64,000 bases of DNA from Verrucomicrobiota bacterium (GCA_024233345.1 JACKPT010000005.1:105072-169071); one strand, 5' to 3'; positions 30,171-43,268 are shown, numbered from the stretch's first letter. The notes: generated from the sequence alone by a model not told the origin. A program made the numbers and translations.

Positions 30171-30946
30171 TTGTGCTTGATATCTATCGATATGCTTTGT
30201 GGAACCTGATTCTCAAGGACTTTCGGGTCCGTTATCGCAATATGTCACTAGGGGTGTTGTGGTCGATTTTGAATCCTCTGATCATGCTGGGGGTGCTGGT
30301 TGTGGTTTTTGGCTATATTTACCCGAATAAAACCATTCAGTATTATCCCGTATTTTTATTGCTGGGTCTGATTCCCTTTAATTTCTTTTCGCTGTGTATT
30401 TCATCCAGTACCACGGCTTTGCTGGAGAATAGCTCATTGATCAAGAAGTTGATGTTCCCCCGGATCATTCTTCCCGTGTCCATCGTCCTTTCCCAGGTGA
30501 TTCACCTGGTGATTCAACTCGGACTACTGGCGGTGTTCATTGTCATGTTTCACGTTCCGATTACCGCCCATTATTTATGGTTACCCCTGATCTTTATGGT
30601 CGAATTGGTCTTTATTCTGGGATTAGCCCTAATTTGCTCTTCATTGGATGTGTATTTTCGGGATACGTTATACATCGTTCAGTCAACCCTGACCGTCCTT
30701 TTCTGGTTTACTCCGATTTTCTATCCAGCCTCTCTGGCCAATGAGAATCTGCCGCGTCCTCTGTATTTGCTCTTTATGGCGAATCCGCTTTCCGGTTGCA
30801 TCGAGGCAGCCAGGCGTGCGGTTCTTGGACAAACCTCTCCGGAACGTGATTTATTTCTCATGGCGATGGTCGTGGCCTTCGGCACCTTTCTACTCGGCTC
30901 TTTGTTGTTTCGGAAAATGGAAAAGAATCTGGCGGATTATCTATAA
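30167..30946 (+). CDS. ABC-2 type polysaccharide export permease (Wzm/TagG/KpsM-like)
   Basis: 259 aa with 6 TM helices. Overlaps the upstream GT2 gene by 4 nt. Confidence 0.85.
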   Translation: MIVLDIYRYALWNLILKDFRVRYRNMSLGVLWSILNPLIMLGVLVVVFGYIYPNKTIQYYPVFLLLGLIPFNFFSLCISSSTTALLENSSLIKKLMFPRIILPVSIVLSQVIHLVIQLGLLAVFIVMFHVPITAHYLWLPLIFMVELVFILGLALICSSLDVYFRDTLYIVQSTLTVLFWFTPIFYPASLANENLPRPLYLLFMANPLSGCIEAARRAVLGQTSPERDLFLMAMVVAFGTFLLGSLLFRKMEKNLADYL

Positions 30947-31686
30947 TGTCCACGGTCGCCATTCAAATCAGCGAAGTCAGCAAGCGGTTTATTCTGCGGA
31001 AACAGCGCCCTTTTCTTCTACATGAATTTGTTCGCAAGCTCTATGGTCGGCGAAACCCCGCCGATGAGTTTTGGGCGCTCAAGGAGGTCTCATTTACCAT
31101 ACAGAAGGGGGAATCGGTTGGTATTATCGGGCACAACGGAGCCGGGAAATCCACCTTGTTGAGTTTGATCATCGGGTCGGCAAGACCAACCCATGGCCAC
31201 ATACAAGTTGAAGGCCGGATCGGTGCCCTGTTGGAGCTGGGGGCTGGATTTCATCCTGATCTGACTGGCCGTGAGAATATCTTTCTCAATGCTTCTTTGC
31301 TGGGTTTGTCGCATGAGACCATTGCCAGGCAGTTTCAAGCCATCATCGACTTTTCTGAACTTGGGGAATTTATCGATGTTCCGATCAGAAATTATTCCTC
31401 GGGCATGCATGTCAGACTGGGTTTCTCGGTGGCCATTCATATCGACCCAGATATTTTGATCATGGATGAGGCGTTGGCGGTTGGAGATGCCAACTTTCAG
31501 CAGAAATGTCTCGCGAAAATTGAGGATATGAAGTCCCGCGGCAAGACGTTGCTACTTGTGTCCCATGGTATGGAGAGCATTCAAAAATTGTGCTCAAAGG
31601 CGGTATGGTTGGAACATGGGACCAAGGTTCTGGAGGGCCCTGTCGGTGAGGTTATCGATGCCTACCATAAGCGTATGCGGGTATGA
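30946..31686 (+). CDS. ABC transporter ATP-binding protein (Wzt/TagH/KpsT-like)
   Basis: Walker A GHNGAGKST, signature YSSGMHVRL, Walker B ILIMDE. Confidence 0.9.
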   Translation: MSTVAIQISEVSKRFILRKQRPFLLHEFVRKLYGRRNPADEFWALKEVSFTIQKGESVGIIGHNGAGKSTLLSLIIGSARPTHGHIQVEGRIGALLELGAGFHPDLTGRENIFLNASLLGLSHETIARQFQAIIDFSELGEFIDVPIRNYSSGMHVRLGFSVAIHIDPDILIMDEALAVGDANFQQKCLAKIEDMKSRGKTLLLVSHGMESIQKLCSKAVWLEHGTKVLEGPVGEVIDAYHKRMRV

Positions 31687-31944
31687 ACCGTCGTCCGGTT
31701 CGCTAGAAAAGACGACGTCGGTTCAGCCATGAAAAAAATCGGTTGACCACCCGTTCATACCGGAGTGCCAATCGATAGCCGTACACCGGAATCAGGTGTG
31801 TGACACCAATCATGATCAGATTGTGAATGCCGGGCCAACGGCTAACTGCTCCCAGAGGTATTCCATAAGCCGCCAGGGCATGCTTGGCTGTTCTCCCGTA
31901 GGGAAGGCTGCGAAGGTCTCCGCTTGGTGTTTGCAACGGTGATT

Positions 31945-34017
31945 TCATGACAGGTGAATCAAATTGAGTGCGATGTGTTTCAGTGCGTACCAGGTTCGCA
32001 GAAAGGGGCGCCACATCAGGCTTCTTTCGGATTCCTCCCAAAGCCGCTGTGCCGGAGTATGATTTCGTTCGGTTGGGCTTCGGTTGCTATCAATATCGTT
32101 GACATGATGCCGATGGCGTAACAGGGCGACTTCGCGCGTCTTAGGGAAGCCAAACTTAGCCACAATCGTGTGTGTTAGCCATGGCTTCATTCGGTTTGCA
32201 TCATGCCCGGAAAGAATCAGAGCAATAGCGAGCGGTCCGGCAGCATCGAGAATACCTTGTTGGAGTGGTGCGATATGAAGACTCTGCTCATATTCCATTT
32301 GGAAAACCGGGTCATCCTTGTGACGAAAAATGAGGCAAGAGTCAACCTGCTGGCTATAGCTCAATAAACCCGGTTCCGGAGGACGACAAACCTCCTCAAA
32401 TAACTCGAGATAGTATTGGACCATACTGGCAAAGACATCTTGCCGCCGACCGTCATGAATCCATCCCGACAAGCGACTTTCGGAATGCTCTGGGAAGGGT
32501 ATCTTGAATGTCGCAGCAAATAGCAGCCCATGCAGGGTGGGCCGCTTTTTGAGTGGTGCAATGCAAAGATCGAAGAGACGCTGAATTGTACCAAGCCAGC
32601 CGATGTCGACGAGTCCGACATGTTGAAAATCCAGTAACCCTTGGGATTGGATGTAGCGTATAAATCCTTGGTGAGCATCGGACTTTTGCTCCCGAACCTG
32701 TGCTTGGAAATCCTGGTCATCCAGCAGATCGCGAAACCGGTTTGCGATTTCCGGGGTATGGCCCGGATAATTGGCGCTTAGATCGTCATGAAGTTTCAGC
32801 CCGTGGGCTCGCAGAAAGGGCTCCAGTGGCTCTGGATCAAGATCGGCTACACGGCACAAGTCTTGAAAATCCCGATTGCCCGGGGGAAGAAAGGCGATCA
32901 TAGCCAAATCAGGACTGAGTCCAACCGCCCCGCAACTGGCGGCGGCAAGGGCCTTACGACTCACATGCAGATATCGCACCTCGGGAAGGGGTCCCCCCTC
33001 GGCAAGAATCGGTGCCATCCGCGACCAGATCTGTTCGAAGAGATGGCCTTCACGTGATAGAAAGTAAAGTACCGGAATGGATTGCTCCCGGCTGGTTCTC
33101 TCCAGGTGGGCAATGAACCCTGCCAACAGAGGGCCAAAAAAACAGTATCCTTCCCGATAGAGCTGTTCCCCCCCGGTGAGTTGTTGTGCTTCAGCCTCAA
33201 GTGGGAGTGCAATTTGCAAAAGGTAGCGACCATACCAAAAAGACTTCCGCTGGCTGGCAAGGAAATACCGTTGAAGAACAGCCTTGCGTTTCTTTTCCTC
33301 GGCGTCTCGCAGGCAATAAGCGGTAATTCCCAGAGAAGCCGGACGTAGGCCATCAGAAAATGGATGGTCGCCAATGTGAAGCCATCGGCGCGGTGAATAG
33401 CCATGACGCTCCACAAGCCGATAAAACCCCTGCCCGGAAGCCTTGGCCCGGCAGGAGTCCGCCGAAGAGTGGACCGATTGAAAATAGGCGCCCAATCCAG
33501 CTTGATGCAGCAGTTGTTGGATCGCGTCACCGGGAAGATACATGTCACTGAGCGCAATCAGCGTTTTACCCCGGTCACGCAGGTGGGTCAGTAGGTCAAT
33601 CCATGCCCGACGCGCAATCAACAGTCTGCTTTCCAAGGTCAATTCATAGTCCAGGATTTGGTCGAGGATGACAGAATTGGGTTGGGGGCCAAAGATTTCC
33701 TCGACCATCTCACCTATGAACTGAGGATAAATGGCTTCATGGTCGGGATGAATCAGGCCGTTTCGCTTGCGATGTTTTGCTTCGATTCTTCCGCGAATCC
33801 GCAAAACATGATCTGGGTGAATCGTAATCTCCTGACGGTTCGCGAGATTAGACACAAATCGGCAGACCGATCCCTTGATATGATCCGGGTCATGAACCCG
33901 CCGGATGAGCAACGTGTCGAATACATCAAATGAGATGAGATCATAACGATCCTGATTTTTGAGTACGGTAGCGATCAGGTCGTCAAGGCTGTAGAAGGTA
34001 TCGACCATCAAAGCCAT
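31945..34017 (-). CDS. Large HAD-superfamily-domain protein (N-terminal DxFDTLL motif) with a ~450-aa uncharacterised C-terminal region
   Basis: 690 aa. LISFDVFDTLLIRRV (HAD motif I) and ALSDMYL. It lies in the glycan cluster. Confidence 0.6.
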   Translation of the reverse strand: MALMVDTFYSLDDLIATVLKNQDRYDLISFDVFDTLLIRRVHDPDHIKGSVCRFVSNLANRQEITIHPDHVLRIRGRIEAKHRKRNGLIHPDHEAIYPQFIGEMVEEIFGPQPNSVILDQILDYELTLESRLLIARRAWIDLLTHLRDRGKTLIALSDMYLPGDAIQQLLHQAGLGAYFQSVHSSADSCRAKASGQGFYRLVERHGYSPRRWLHIGDHPFSDGLRPASLGITAYCLRDAEEKKRKAVLQRYFLASQRKSFWYGRYLLQIALPLEAEAQQLTGGEQLYREGYCFFGPLLAGFIAHLERTSREQSIPVLYFLSREGHLFEQIWSRMAPILAEGGPLPEVRYLHVSRKALAAASCGAVGLSPDLAMIAFLPPGNRDFQDLCRVADLDPEPLEPFLRAHGLKLHDDLSANYPGHTPEIANRFRDLLDDQDFQAQVREQKSDAHQGFIRYIQSQGLLDFQHVGLVDIGWLGTIQRLFDLCIAPLKKRPTLHGLLFAATFKIPFPEHSESRLSGWIHDGRRQDVFASMVQYYLELFEEVCRPPEPGLLSYSQQVDSCLIFRHKDDPVFQMEYEQSLHIAPLQQGILDAAGPLAIALILSGHDANRMKPWLTHTIVAKFGFPKTREVALLRHRHHVNDIDSNRSPTERNHTPAQRLWEESERSLMWRPFLRTWYALKHIALNLIHLS

Positions 34018-34023
34018 GAACTC

Positions 34024-34908
34024 CTAACTGGATCGAAAACGGCGAAGGAAAGAACCAAGCCGACTGGATTTCAGGGCCTGGACGGGGGAGCCTTGAATCT
34101 CTGACAACTCCCGTTCCAACTGTACAAGTCTATCGGCTCCAGTGGCGACTCGAACGCGCTCCTGCTCTGAAATCCCGGCAAGTAAATACGTTCGAATAAC
34201 CCGTTGATCTTCCAGGCGCGCCTTGATCGCACCCTCCTTGAGGGTATTGCTGCCGTGAATTCGATAGTGGAGCAGTTGATCGCCATCCAAGTAATGAACG
34301 GAACCCGGATTCGCCAGCATCATCCGAAAAATAAAGTCATAGTCATGTAGATAGCGCAAGGGGGAGAAGAATCCGGTTCTTTCAAAAGCAATACGGGAAA
34401 AAAACAGGTTTGACGTGGTCACCATCAGATTGCCGTGGAGGAAGGCGGTATAGAGATCCCCAAGGGCAAAGTAGGTCTCTCGATTGTTCTTATGCCAATG
34501 ATGCCAGAAAAAATTCGGATCGGTAATCGGCTGGTCGGCATCATTGATCGGGATCACATCGGTAAAAAGGCAGCTCGCCTGGAGAGTATCCTTTGCCTTC
34601 CACAATCTCTGGAGACGATCAGGATGATAGGTGTCATCGGAATTGATAATTGTCAGCCAATCCCCAGTTGCCAATTTGAGTCCGTTGTTCAGAGCGTTGT
34701 AGGCATCCTGATTTTCCTGATGGACATATCGGATCCGTGCGTCTTGATCCGCTGCAGAGCGGACAAGTTCACCGGTGCGATCCTGTGAACCATCGTCAAT
34801 TACCAGTAGTTCAAAGTCGCCGAAGGATTGCTTGAGGACACTTTCAACTGCCTGTTGAACATACCGTTCGTGGTTGTAAGCAGGCATGATGACCGATATC
34901 GCAGGCAT
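34024..34908 (-). CDS. GT2-family glycosyltransferase
   Basis: ISVIMPAYNHERYV...LLVIDDGSQDRT...INSDD. Confidence 0.85.
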   Translation of the reverse strand: MPAISVIMPAYNHERYVQQAVESVLKQSFGDFELLVIDDGSQDRTGELVRSAADQDARIRYVHQENQDAYNALNNGLKLATGDWLTIINSDDTYHPDRLQRLWKAKDTLQASCLFTDVIPINDADQPITDPNFFWHHWHKNNRETYFALGDLYTAFLHGNLMVTTSNLFFSRIAFERTGFFSPLRYLHDYDFIFRMMLANPGSVHYLDGDQLLHYRIHGSNTLKEGAIKARLEDQRVIRTYLLAGISEQERVRVATGADRLVQLERELSEIQGSPVQALKSSRLGSFLRRFRSS

Positions 34909-35009
34909 GATGTGGTTACTTTGCTTTCTGGTGCAGGAAATTCAAGACCGAAACGCATCGGGGTTGAATGAACCTTACGGCGAGACCTTAGAGGCTGCAG
35001 AATTGACCG

Positions 35010-37791
35010 TCATTGAGGGGATCCCCAATAGGTGCCAAAATACAGTGGGGCTCCAGGCCCGAGTTTGCGGACAAACCACGCTCCGGAGGTGCGTTGATAG
35101 ACTGCGAGGTCATTCTTGCCATCACCATTGTAATCACCCGGAATCGGATCCATCGAGGCATCTCCCCAGTTTTGGCCGAACGTGATGGGTGGATAGGCAG
35201 GACCGACTGGTCCCAGAGATCGTATGAACCAATTTCCAGTCGCACGTTGATAGACCGCCAAGTCGGCCCGGAGGTCCCCGTTGAAGTCACCTGGTACAGG
35301 GTCCATGGATGCATCGCCCCAATTTTGGCCAAAGGTAATGGGTGGGTAGGCTGGTCCAATCGGCCCGAGCGATCGAATGAACCAATTTCCAGTGGCTTTC
35401 TGGTAGACCGCCAGATCGTGCTTGCCATCCCGGTTGTAATCGCCAGGGACGGGAATCATCGAGGCATCACCCCAGTTTTGACCAAAGGTTATGGGAGGAT
35501 ACGCAGGACCGATCGGTCCAAGAGATCGGATAAACCAATTGCCGGTCGTCCGTTGATAGACTGCGAGGTCAAAAATACCATCTCCATTGTAATCACCCGG
35601 TGCCGGGTCCATGGAGGCATCGCCCCAATTTTGACCAAAGGTGATGGGTGGTCCGTTGGTGATTGTGCGAATAAACCAGTTCCCAGTTGTGGGTTGATAA
35701 AGGGCAAGGTCATAGACGCCATCCCCATTATAATCACCCGGGACAGGAATCATCGAAGAATCCCCCCATTGAAGGTTGTACTGGGTGAACGAATTGGTTG
35801 AACTGGGACGAATATACCAGAGTCCGGTACTCATTTCATAGGCGGCCAGATCGGAAATACCATCTCCATCATAGTCGCCGGACACCGGGATTGTGGGTTG
35901 CGTTGGTCCCAGCAGAATGGGAGCGACCGAAAGACTTTCGACTGACCTAGAACCATCGGAAACTACCATGCGGATGTAATACCTGCCGACGCGGGCACCG
36001 GGGGGCCATGTCCAAGATCCTGGTCCCGGATATTGTTGCAGGGTCGCAATCGGTGTGGTTGATGGCACAATGGTTCCCACTTCATTCTGGCGGTCCGCGA
36101 AGAGTTGAATGGAGAGCAGGTCACCATCCAGGTCGGTCAGATTCCAGGCCACTTGAAAGAGTCCTTGGGTTGGCGTATTTTCAGCGCATAATTTTATTTC
36201 ATCCAGCCAAAATTGTGTGGGGATATGGGCTTCCATTGGGTCGAATCGAAGATGCTTGATGAAACCGACTTCTTCCCAACCGCGCTGCGGTATCTCGGGG
36301 ACCGCCGAGCGATCTTCATGAAACAGGTTGTCCCACAGGTCTACAGTATAGGTCCGCCACTCTTCCAGCAGTGGTATGTCCTTGGAGTAGGTACCGTCCA
36401 GCGTAATGCCCTCATTCCACCACAAGACTCTGGACTCCCATCCTCGCGCCACCTTGTCGAAAATATCTCCATAGCCGACTGGTGAACATTTTATGGTATG
36501 GGTGAAGTAGCGGTATTTTCGAGTATTGATTGGAACAATGACCCCATTGCGCTTGGTGTTTAACCAAATCTGATCATCTGATTCCGGATAGGGTGGAATT
36601 GGGCTGTCGGTGATTGCGGAGAAAATGCCGCCAGCATAACTGACACTGTTCATCTGATAGAGCTGATCAATATCCGAACCATTCGTAAAATCCCATGGGT
36701 TATTGAGTTCTGAGGTCGCGTAGTCTACCCCGCTGGTGAAACTGGGAGACTGTATATCGATGACCGGGGGGTGACCGATTCGAATCAGGGCGCTGTAGGC
36801 GCTCAGGGCAATCTGTTGGAGAGCCGAGTTCTGGTGGCGGATGCCCTTCAGGTATACATAGTAATCTCCCGGTGGAAGGGCGGCGGTTTTCAAGTCGTAG
36901 CGTCCATCATTGTCAAGGCCGGAGACGAGCAGATCACCATCAAATCCGGAGGCATTATTGTCGATGAACAACTGGATCGAGTCGTACGCTCCATCGAGGC
37001 CGGAAGAGGACCATTGGATGCTGACCGTAGGCGAGGCGGCGGGGTCATAGGCGCGGATCCAGTCAAAGGAGACTGTCGCCCCGGCCGACCCCTGGCTGCT
37101 GGGCCAGAGATGAAAGCCATAAATCATTCCGGACCACGGCAGTCCGGCTTTATTGGGGGGGATGGCCAGAAAGCTGTTTCGCTCGTTCATCCAAGTGGTC
37201 CCATTGGGATCAATGTCATAAATTCGGAATCCGGAAGATTGGGGTAAGGTCACATATTGCCCGCTCCCATTGAAGCTCGGTTCGCCATCAAACCACGTTA
37301 TCAGGTTCCCTTCCGCTGCGGGCCACTGATTAAACTGTTTGGCCCAAAAAATACTGATGTAGGACCGTTCGGTCTGGGCCAGCGACATTCTGAAAGATAA
37401 GTGTGAATACCGATCTGCATTCAATGGGTTTAATGGTCCATAGGGCATGCCCCCGGTGTACCGTGAGTAATAGCTGGTGTAATTCGGACGAAGAAATCCC
37501 GGGGAAAGCGGATAGACATAATAAGGAGTAACCGCTGATGTCCCGGTCCAGATGCCTCCGGTTGCCTGAATCGACTGGAATCCCACATCCAGTGCGATGT
37601 CTCTGAGATCCTGCATATCCCAAGGCTGGTGAGCAACGGCAGTAGCGAACTCGTCACCATCCGCTACGGTAACGGATTGCAACGGTGCTGTCAGAGTCAA
37701 CGACTGCCCCAAGGCTTGAAAACCCATGCAGACCACACCGACGAGGAGATAGAATCTAGTGCCCATCGGCTTATAAGATAGGAAAATCATC
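35010..37791 (-). CDS. Large secreted protein with C-terminal FG-GAP/VCBS-like tandem repeats
   Basis: Signal peptide MGTRFYLLVGVVCMGFQALGQS (start 37767; alternative 37791; the ORF track's 37934 overlaps the upstream gene). Six units of about 49 aa of the form PGDYNGDG.DLAVYQRTTGNWFIR...FGQNWGDASMDPV. Confidence 0.7.
35040..35900. repeat. Coding tandem repeat of about 147 bp x ~6 (FG-GAP/VCBS units)
   Basis: Near-identical peptide units are encoded in series, and DNA-level similarity is visible (repeated ccaaaggtgatgggtgg / ccccaattttggcc blocks on the plus strand). Confidence 0.65.
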
Positions 37792-37833
37792 TCCCGTTGT
37801 TTAGGACATAAACTTAAAGGGATGGTTATTCCT

Positions 37834-39402
37834 CTATTGTCCGTAGAGGACCATGCCCTGAACCTGGTCAAAAAATGCATCCCGCACCCGGAGATAACCG
37901 GCATCATTCGGGTGGTTTGCCGTGACCGGATCAATTAGAGAGGCGGCCCAGCCAGGCACTGCGGTGATGGATTCATATACCCGGGCCAGTCGCGAACCAG
38001 TCGACGAGGCGATGGTATAAATGGTCGGATTAAAGGACCGAATCCGTCCGGCTTGGATGTCCCGATTGCGGTAAGCGCTGGTGATGACGGGTGGAATTGT
38101 CGCGATGACAGTTTTCATGCCCCGGCTTTGAGCGGCGAATAGCAATGAGCGCAAATTGCCCTCAGTCAGGGTGAACAAGGAGTCGAACAGTGCGTCGTTT
38201 GTTCCCTCCATGAGTAACATGGCATCACCATTCGGGTTAGCATTCAGAACACCAGCAACCCGATTGACGGCATCCCATGTGTATTCCCCTGGATTCCCAT
38301 AGTTCAAGCATGAGAACTGCCCACCAAAGTAGATGTCCAGTTTTCGTTCAAGTAGCGCAGGATATCCAGTTGGGGGTCCTCCAGAGGAGCTGCTGGTCCC
38401 GTAGGTGATGCTGTCCCCGAAGCAAACCAAGGTGCGCCCTTCAGCCCCCCGGTGAGCATAGACTTGAGTCGGAACACTTTTTCCGGGAATTCCCCAATTC
38501 TTTGAGAAAGCCAATGCCTGTGCATCGACTGTGCGAATAAACCAGTTTGCAGTGAGGCGGTGATACACCGCTAGATCAGCCTTTCCATCCCCATTGTAAT
38601 CTCCCGGAACTGGAGTCGTTTCGTTCCATCCCCAGTTTTCGGCAAAGAGAACCAATTGCCCGCCATTCAGGGTTTTAATGAACCAATTTCCATTGGCCCG
38701 GTCATATACCGCCAAGTCGGCTTTTCCGTCACCGGTATAGTCACCAACTACTGGCCACATGCCCTTGGTGCCCCAGTTCAGGCCAAAAGCAAGCAAGCGG
38801 TTGTCGCCCAACGTTTTAATAAACCAGTTTCCGGTGTGCCGTTGATATACCGCCAGTTCCGCTTTTCCATCCCCGTCATAATCTGCAGGTACCGGGGTCA
38901 TATCGGGACCACCCCAATTTTCGCCAAAGGCCAACAATTGATTATTCAGGGTCTTGATGAACCAATTGCCAGTGGAGGGCTGATATAATCCCAGATCGGT
39001 TTTGCCGTCGCCATTATAGTCGGCGGGTACACTAATCATCGATGAATCGCCCCAAATCTCGGCAAAAGCTAGAGCTTGATTGTCTCCCAGGGTTTTGATG
39101 AACCAGGCACCGGATGCCCGCTCGTATACCGCCAACTCTGACTTCCCATCTCCGTTGTAATCACCAGGCGCAGGGTTTGCCTGGTTCCATCCCCAGTTCT
39201 CCGCGAACGCCAGAAGTTGCTCCGAGAGAGTCAGAATAAACCAATTACCTGTATCAGGATCATAAACTGCTAGTTCGTCGCGGTTTTTGGAGTCAGGATC
39301 TTCACCATTAAAATTGGCTGAAAATGCTGCCCCAAGGGCACTTTGAAATGAAAAAATGGCAATCGAACAAAGCAACCATAGTGTGTGGAGTTTCATATTC
39401 AT
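37834..39402 (-). CDS. Secreted FG-GAP/VCBS-repeat protein fused to a C-terminal SGNH/GDSL hydrolase domain
   Basis: Signal peptide MNMKLHTLWLLCSIAIFSFQSALG. Six units of about 46 aa (PGDYNGDGK.ELAVY...GNWFIKTL). GDSL block LVCFGDSITYG. Confidence 0.75.
   Translation of the reverse strand: MNMKLHTLWLLCSIAIFSFQSALGAAFSANFNGEDPDSKNRDELAVYDPDTGNWFILTLSEQLLAFAENWGWNQANPAPGDYNGDGKSELAVYERASGAWFIKTLGDNQALAFAEIWGDSSMISVPADYNGDGKTDLGLYQPSTGNWFIKTLNNQLLAFGENWGGPDMTPVPADYDGDGKAELAVYQRHTGNWFIKTLGDNRLLAFGLNWGTKGMWPVVGDYTGDGKADLAVYDRANGNWFIKTLNGGQLVLFAENWGWNETTPVPGDYNGDGKADLAVYHRLTANWFIRTVDAQALAFSKNWGIPGKSVPTQVYAHRGAEGRTLVCFGDSITYGTSSSSGGPPTGYPALLERKLDIYFGGQFSCLNYGNPGEYTWDAVNRVAGVLNANPNGDAMLLMEGTNDALFDSLFTLTEGNLRSLLFAAQSRGMKTVIATIPPVITSAYRNRDIQAGRIRSFNPTIYTIASSTGSRLARVYESITAVPGWAASLIDPVTANHPNDAGYLRVRDAFFDQVQGMVLYGQ
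38470..39315. repeat. Coding tandem repeat of about 138 bp x ~6 (FG-GAP/VCBS units)
   Basis: Same repeat family as 35040-35900, but a different register. Confidence 0.6.
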
Positions 39403-39487
39403 TATTTTCCTCAGGGTGGGCTATACCGTATGGGAGAATTTTTCCCTGACCTTTTCCAACAGGCAAACTCGTGATAGTATACACGAT

Positions 39488-40132
39488 ATGAGCAAATTTC
39501 CATGTGTTTCTTTCTGGATTTTGATCAGTATTTCAGGCCTCACGCCATTAATGGCACAAACGGAGCCAGCAGGGGCATCGATGGCGTCACCTTCGACATA
39601 TCGGATTTCTGCCCTGGTTGATAGTACCAACGGGGTACGGGTGGGCTTTGTGAACGTATCGGATGGAACTTCTTTCTTTATTTCCGAAGGCGAGGAGAGC
39701 CATGGGGTCTTTGTCATCGAAGCAGATTATTTGAGGGAGAGAGTATTGCTATCCCTGCAGAATAAACTGCGGGAACTCTATCTTACCGATGACCCGGATT
39801 CGAGAGTGGTCCACATCGTCCCCACAGCACCAGTCGACGCTACCGGAGTCACGGCGGCAGACCTTGGGATCGATCAGCTTCAGGCGACTCCTTCTGATTA
39901 CCCTTCCGCAGGTTTGCAGGCGATGATGGCGCAGTTCCCGGATTCGGTGCCTACCAACTTTGGTCATCAGCCCAATGCGATCCAGCAATACCTTGAGGAG
40001 AATCCGGAGGTTGCGATATCACTCGGTAAATCGCCCGGCCGATACGGATCAGGAATTGAAGAAATGCTGCGCTTGAATCCTGACCTGAGCAATAATCTGG
40101 AGAGGACTCAATCCTTTCCCACATCCCCTTGA
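39488..40132 (+). CDS. Secreted hypothetical protein
   Basis: Signal peptide MSKFPCVSFWILISISGLTPLMAQ. The ORF track's earlier start (39356) overlaps the upstream gene. Confidence 0.5.
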   Translation: MSKFPCVSFWILISISGLTPLMAQTEPAGASMASPSTYRISALVDSTNGVRVGFVNVSDGTSFFISEGEESHGVFVIEADYLRERVLLSLQNKLRELYLTDDPDSRVVHIVPTAPVDATGVTAADLGIDQLQATPSDYPSAGLQAMMAQFPDSVPTNFGHQPNAIQQYLEENPEVAISLGKSPGRYGSGIEEMLRLNPDLSNNLERTQSFPTSP

Positions 40133-40174
40133 ACCTTGCCGAGGTAAGTTCAGGCCAACCAGTCGTCCTTGTAT

Positions 40175-41053
40175 TCAGCCTTGCACCGGTAGCACCTGAA
40201 ACTCCGGGCAGGCGGTCAGGAACGGGTCGGCCCGGTCGGTGGGATAGGCGTAGGGGGGGGCTTTATGGAAGGTGCAGAGGGCATGGTAGAGGCGTTTGTC
40301 CGTGGGGTCGATCCAGGCCGTCGAGCGGAATAGGCCCCGGCGTTGGAGAGCGCCTTCGGGGTGGTATAGGCCAGCGATTCGCTCATGGGCTGTGCCGTGC
40401 TCCACGGTGGAGGTGGCTTGCTGCTGTTTGACGCGGCGCCCCACCTGGACCTTCATCCATTCGCGAACCGGGACATGGAGCCAGTGCGAGACCATGCCAA
40501 ACCGACGAAACACAAATCGCTCCGGTCGTTTCACGCCATCAAACCGAATGCCCACGCTGCCGGGCTGGACGACGCACTCATGCAGGGTGGCGTCGAGGGG
40601 CACCCGCATTTCCATACCGAAGGCTCGCCACCGCTGGAGCCCCTGGGCATTCGCGGCTTCCCAATGCAGGGAGGAAAGGATTTGCTTTTCAACCTCCCGC
40701 TCGCGCTCCCCGGGATGAATCAACACAAGCTCGACCAGGCGCTTGCTGGCTGGGTCGAAAAGTCCGAACCGACTGACGACTTCGTCGCCGCGACGTCCGG
40801 TCAGACCCGGATAACCCTCAATGCGCAACAGATCCAGGTCATCCCAGCCATTGGTGGCGAGACTGGATTTATAGTCTCGCATCATTCGGTCAAAATCTGG
40901 TTCGCCAGGAGTTTTCTTCCAGTGAAGCTCCGCCCGGAACCGATACCGATCGGCAAACCCGCAACTGCCCGCGTCGGGATTCCGGGAAAACTGAAGCATT
41001 TCCCAGTCCTTCGGTAACTTCAGTCCAATCTGTTGCCAAATCCAATGGAGCAT
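40175..41053 (-). CDS. Hypothetical protein
   Basis: 293 aa from MLHWIWQQIGLKLP. The ORF track's start at 41248 overlaps the ligA 3' end. No recognised motifs. Confidence 0.45.
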   Translation of the reverse strand: MLHWIWQQIGLKLPKDWEMLQFSRNPDAGSCGFADRYRFRAELHWKKTPGEPDFDRMMRDYKSSLATNGWDDLDLLRIEGYPGLTGRRGDEVVSRFGLFDPASKRLVELVLIHPGEREREVEKQILSSLHWEAANAQGLQRWRAFGMEMRVPLDATLHECVVQPGSVGIRFDGVKRPERFVFRRFGMVSHWLHVPVREWMKVQVGRRVKQQQATSTVEHGTAHERIAGLYHPEGALQRRGLFRSTAWIDPTDKRLYHALCTFHKAPPYAYPTDRADPFLTACPEFQVLPVQG

Positions 41054-41135
41054 GTGTGGCCGAAGCTTACCGTGAACTGCGCACCGGGAGCAAGGTGTTC
41101 TCAGGCCCAACGACAACCGAGGGTACCCTCTTGGA

Positions 41136-43268
<2,133 letters not shown>

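Noticed and set aside
31703-32041. 112-aa minus-strand ORF at the 3' end of the HAD-domain gene
   Set aside because: It overlaps the 3' end of the 690-aa gene in another frame and lies mostly in the convergent terminator region. No Shine-Dalgarno or motifs.
35013-35801. 262-aa plus-strand ORF
   Set aside because: Antisense translation of the FG-GAP repeat array. Its internal periodicity simply mirrors the repeats of the real minus-strand gene.
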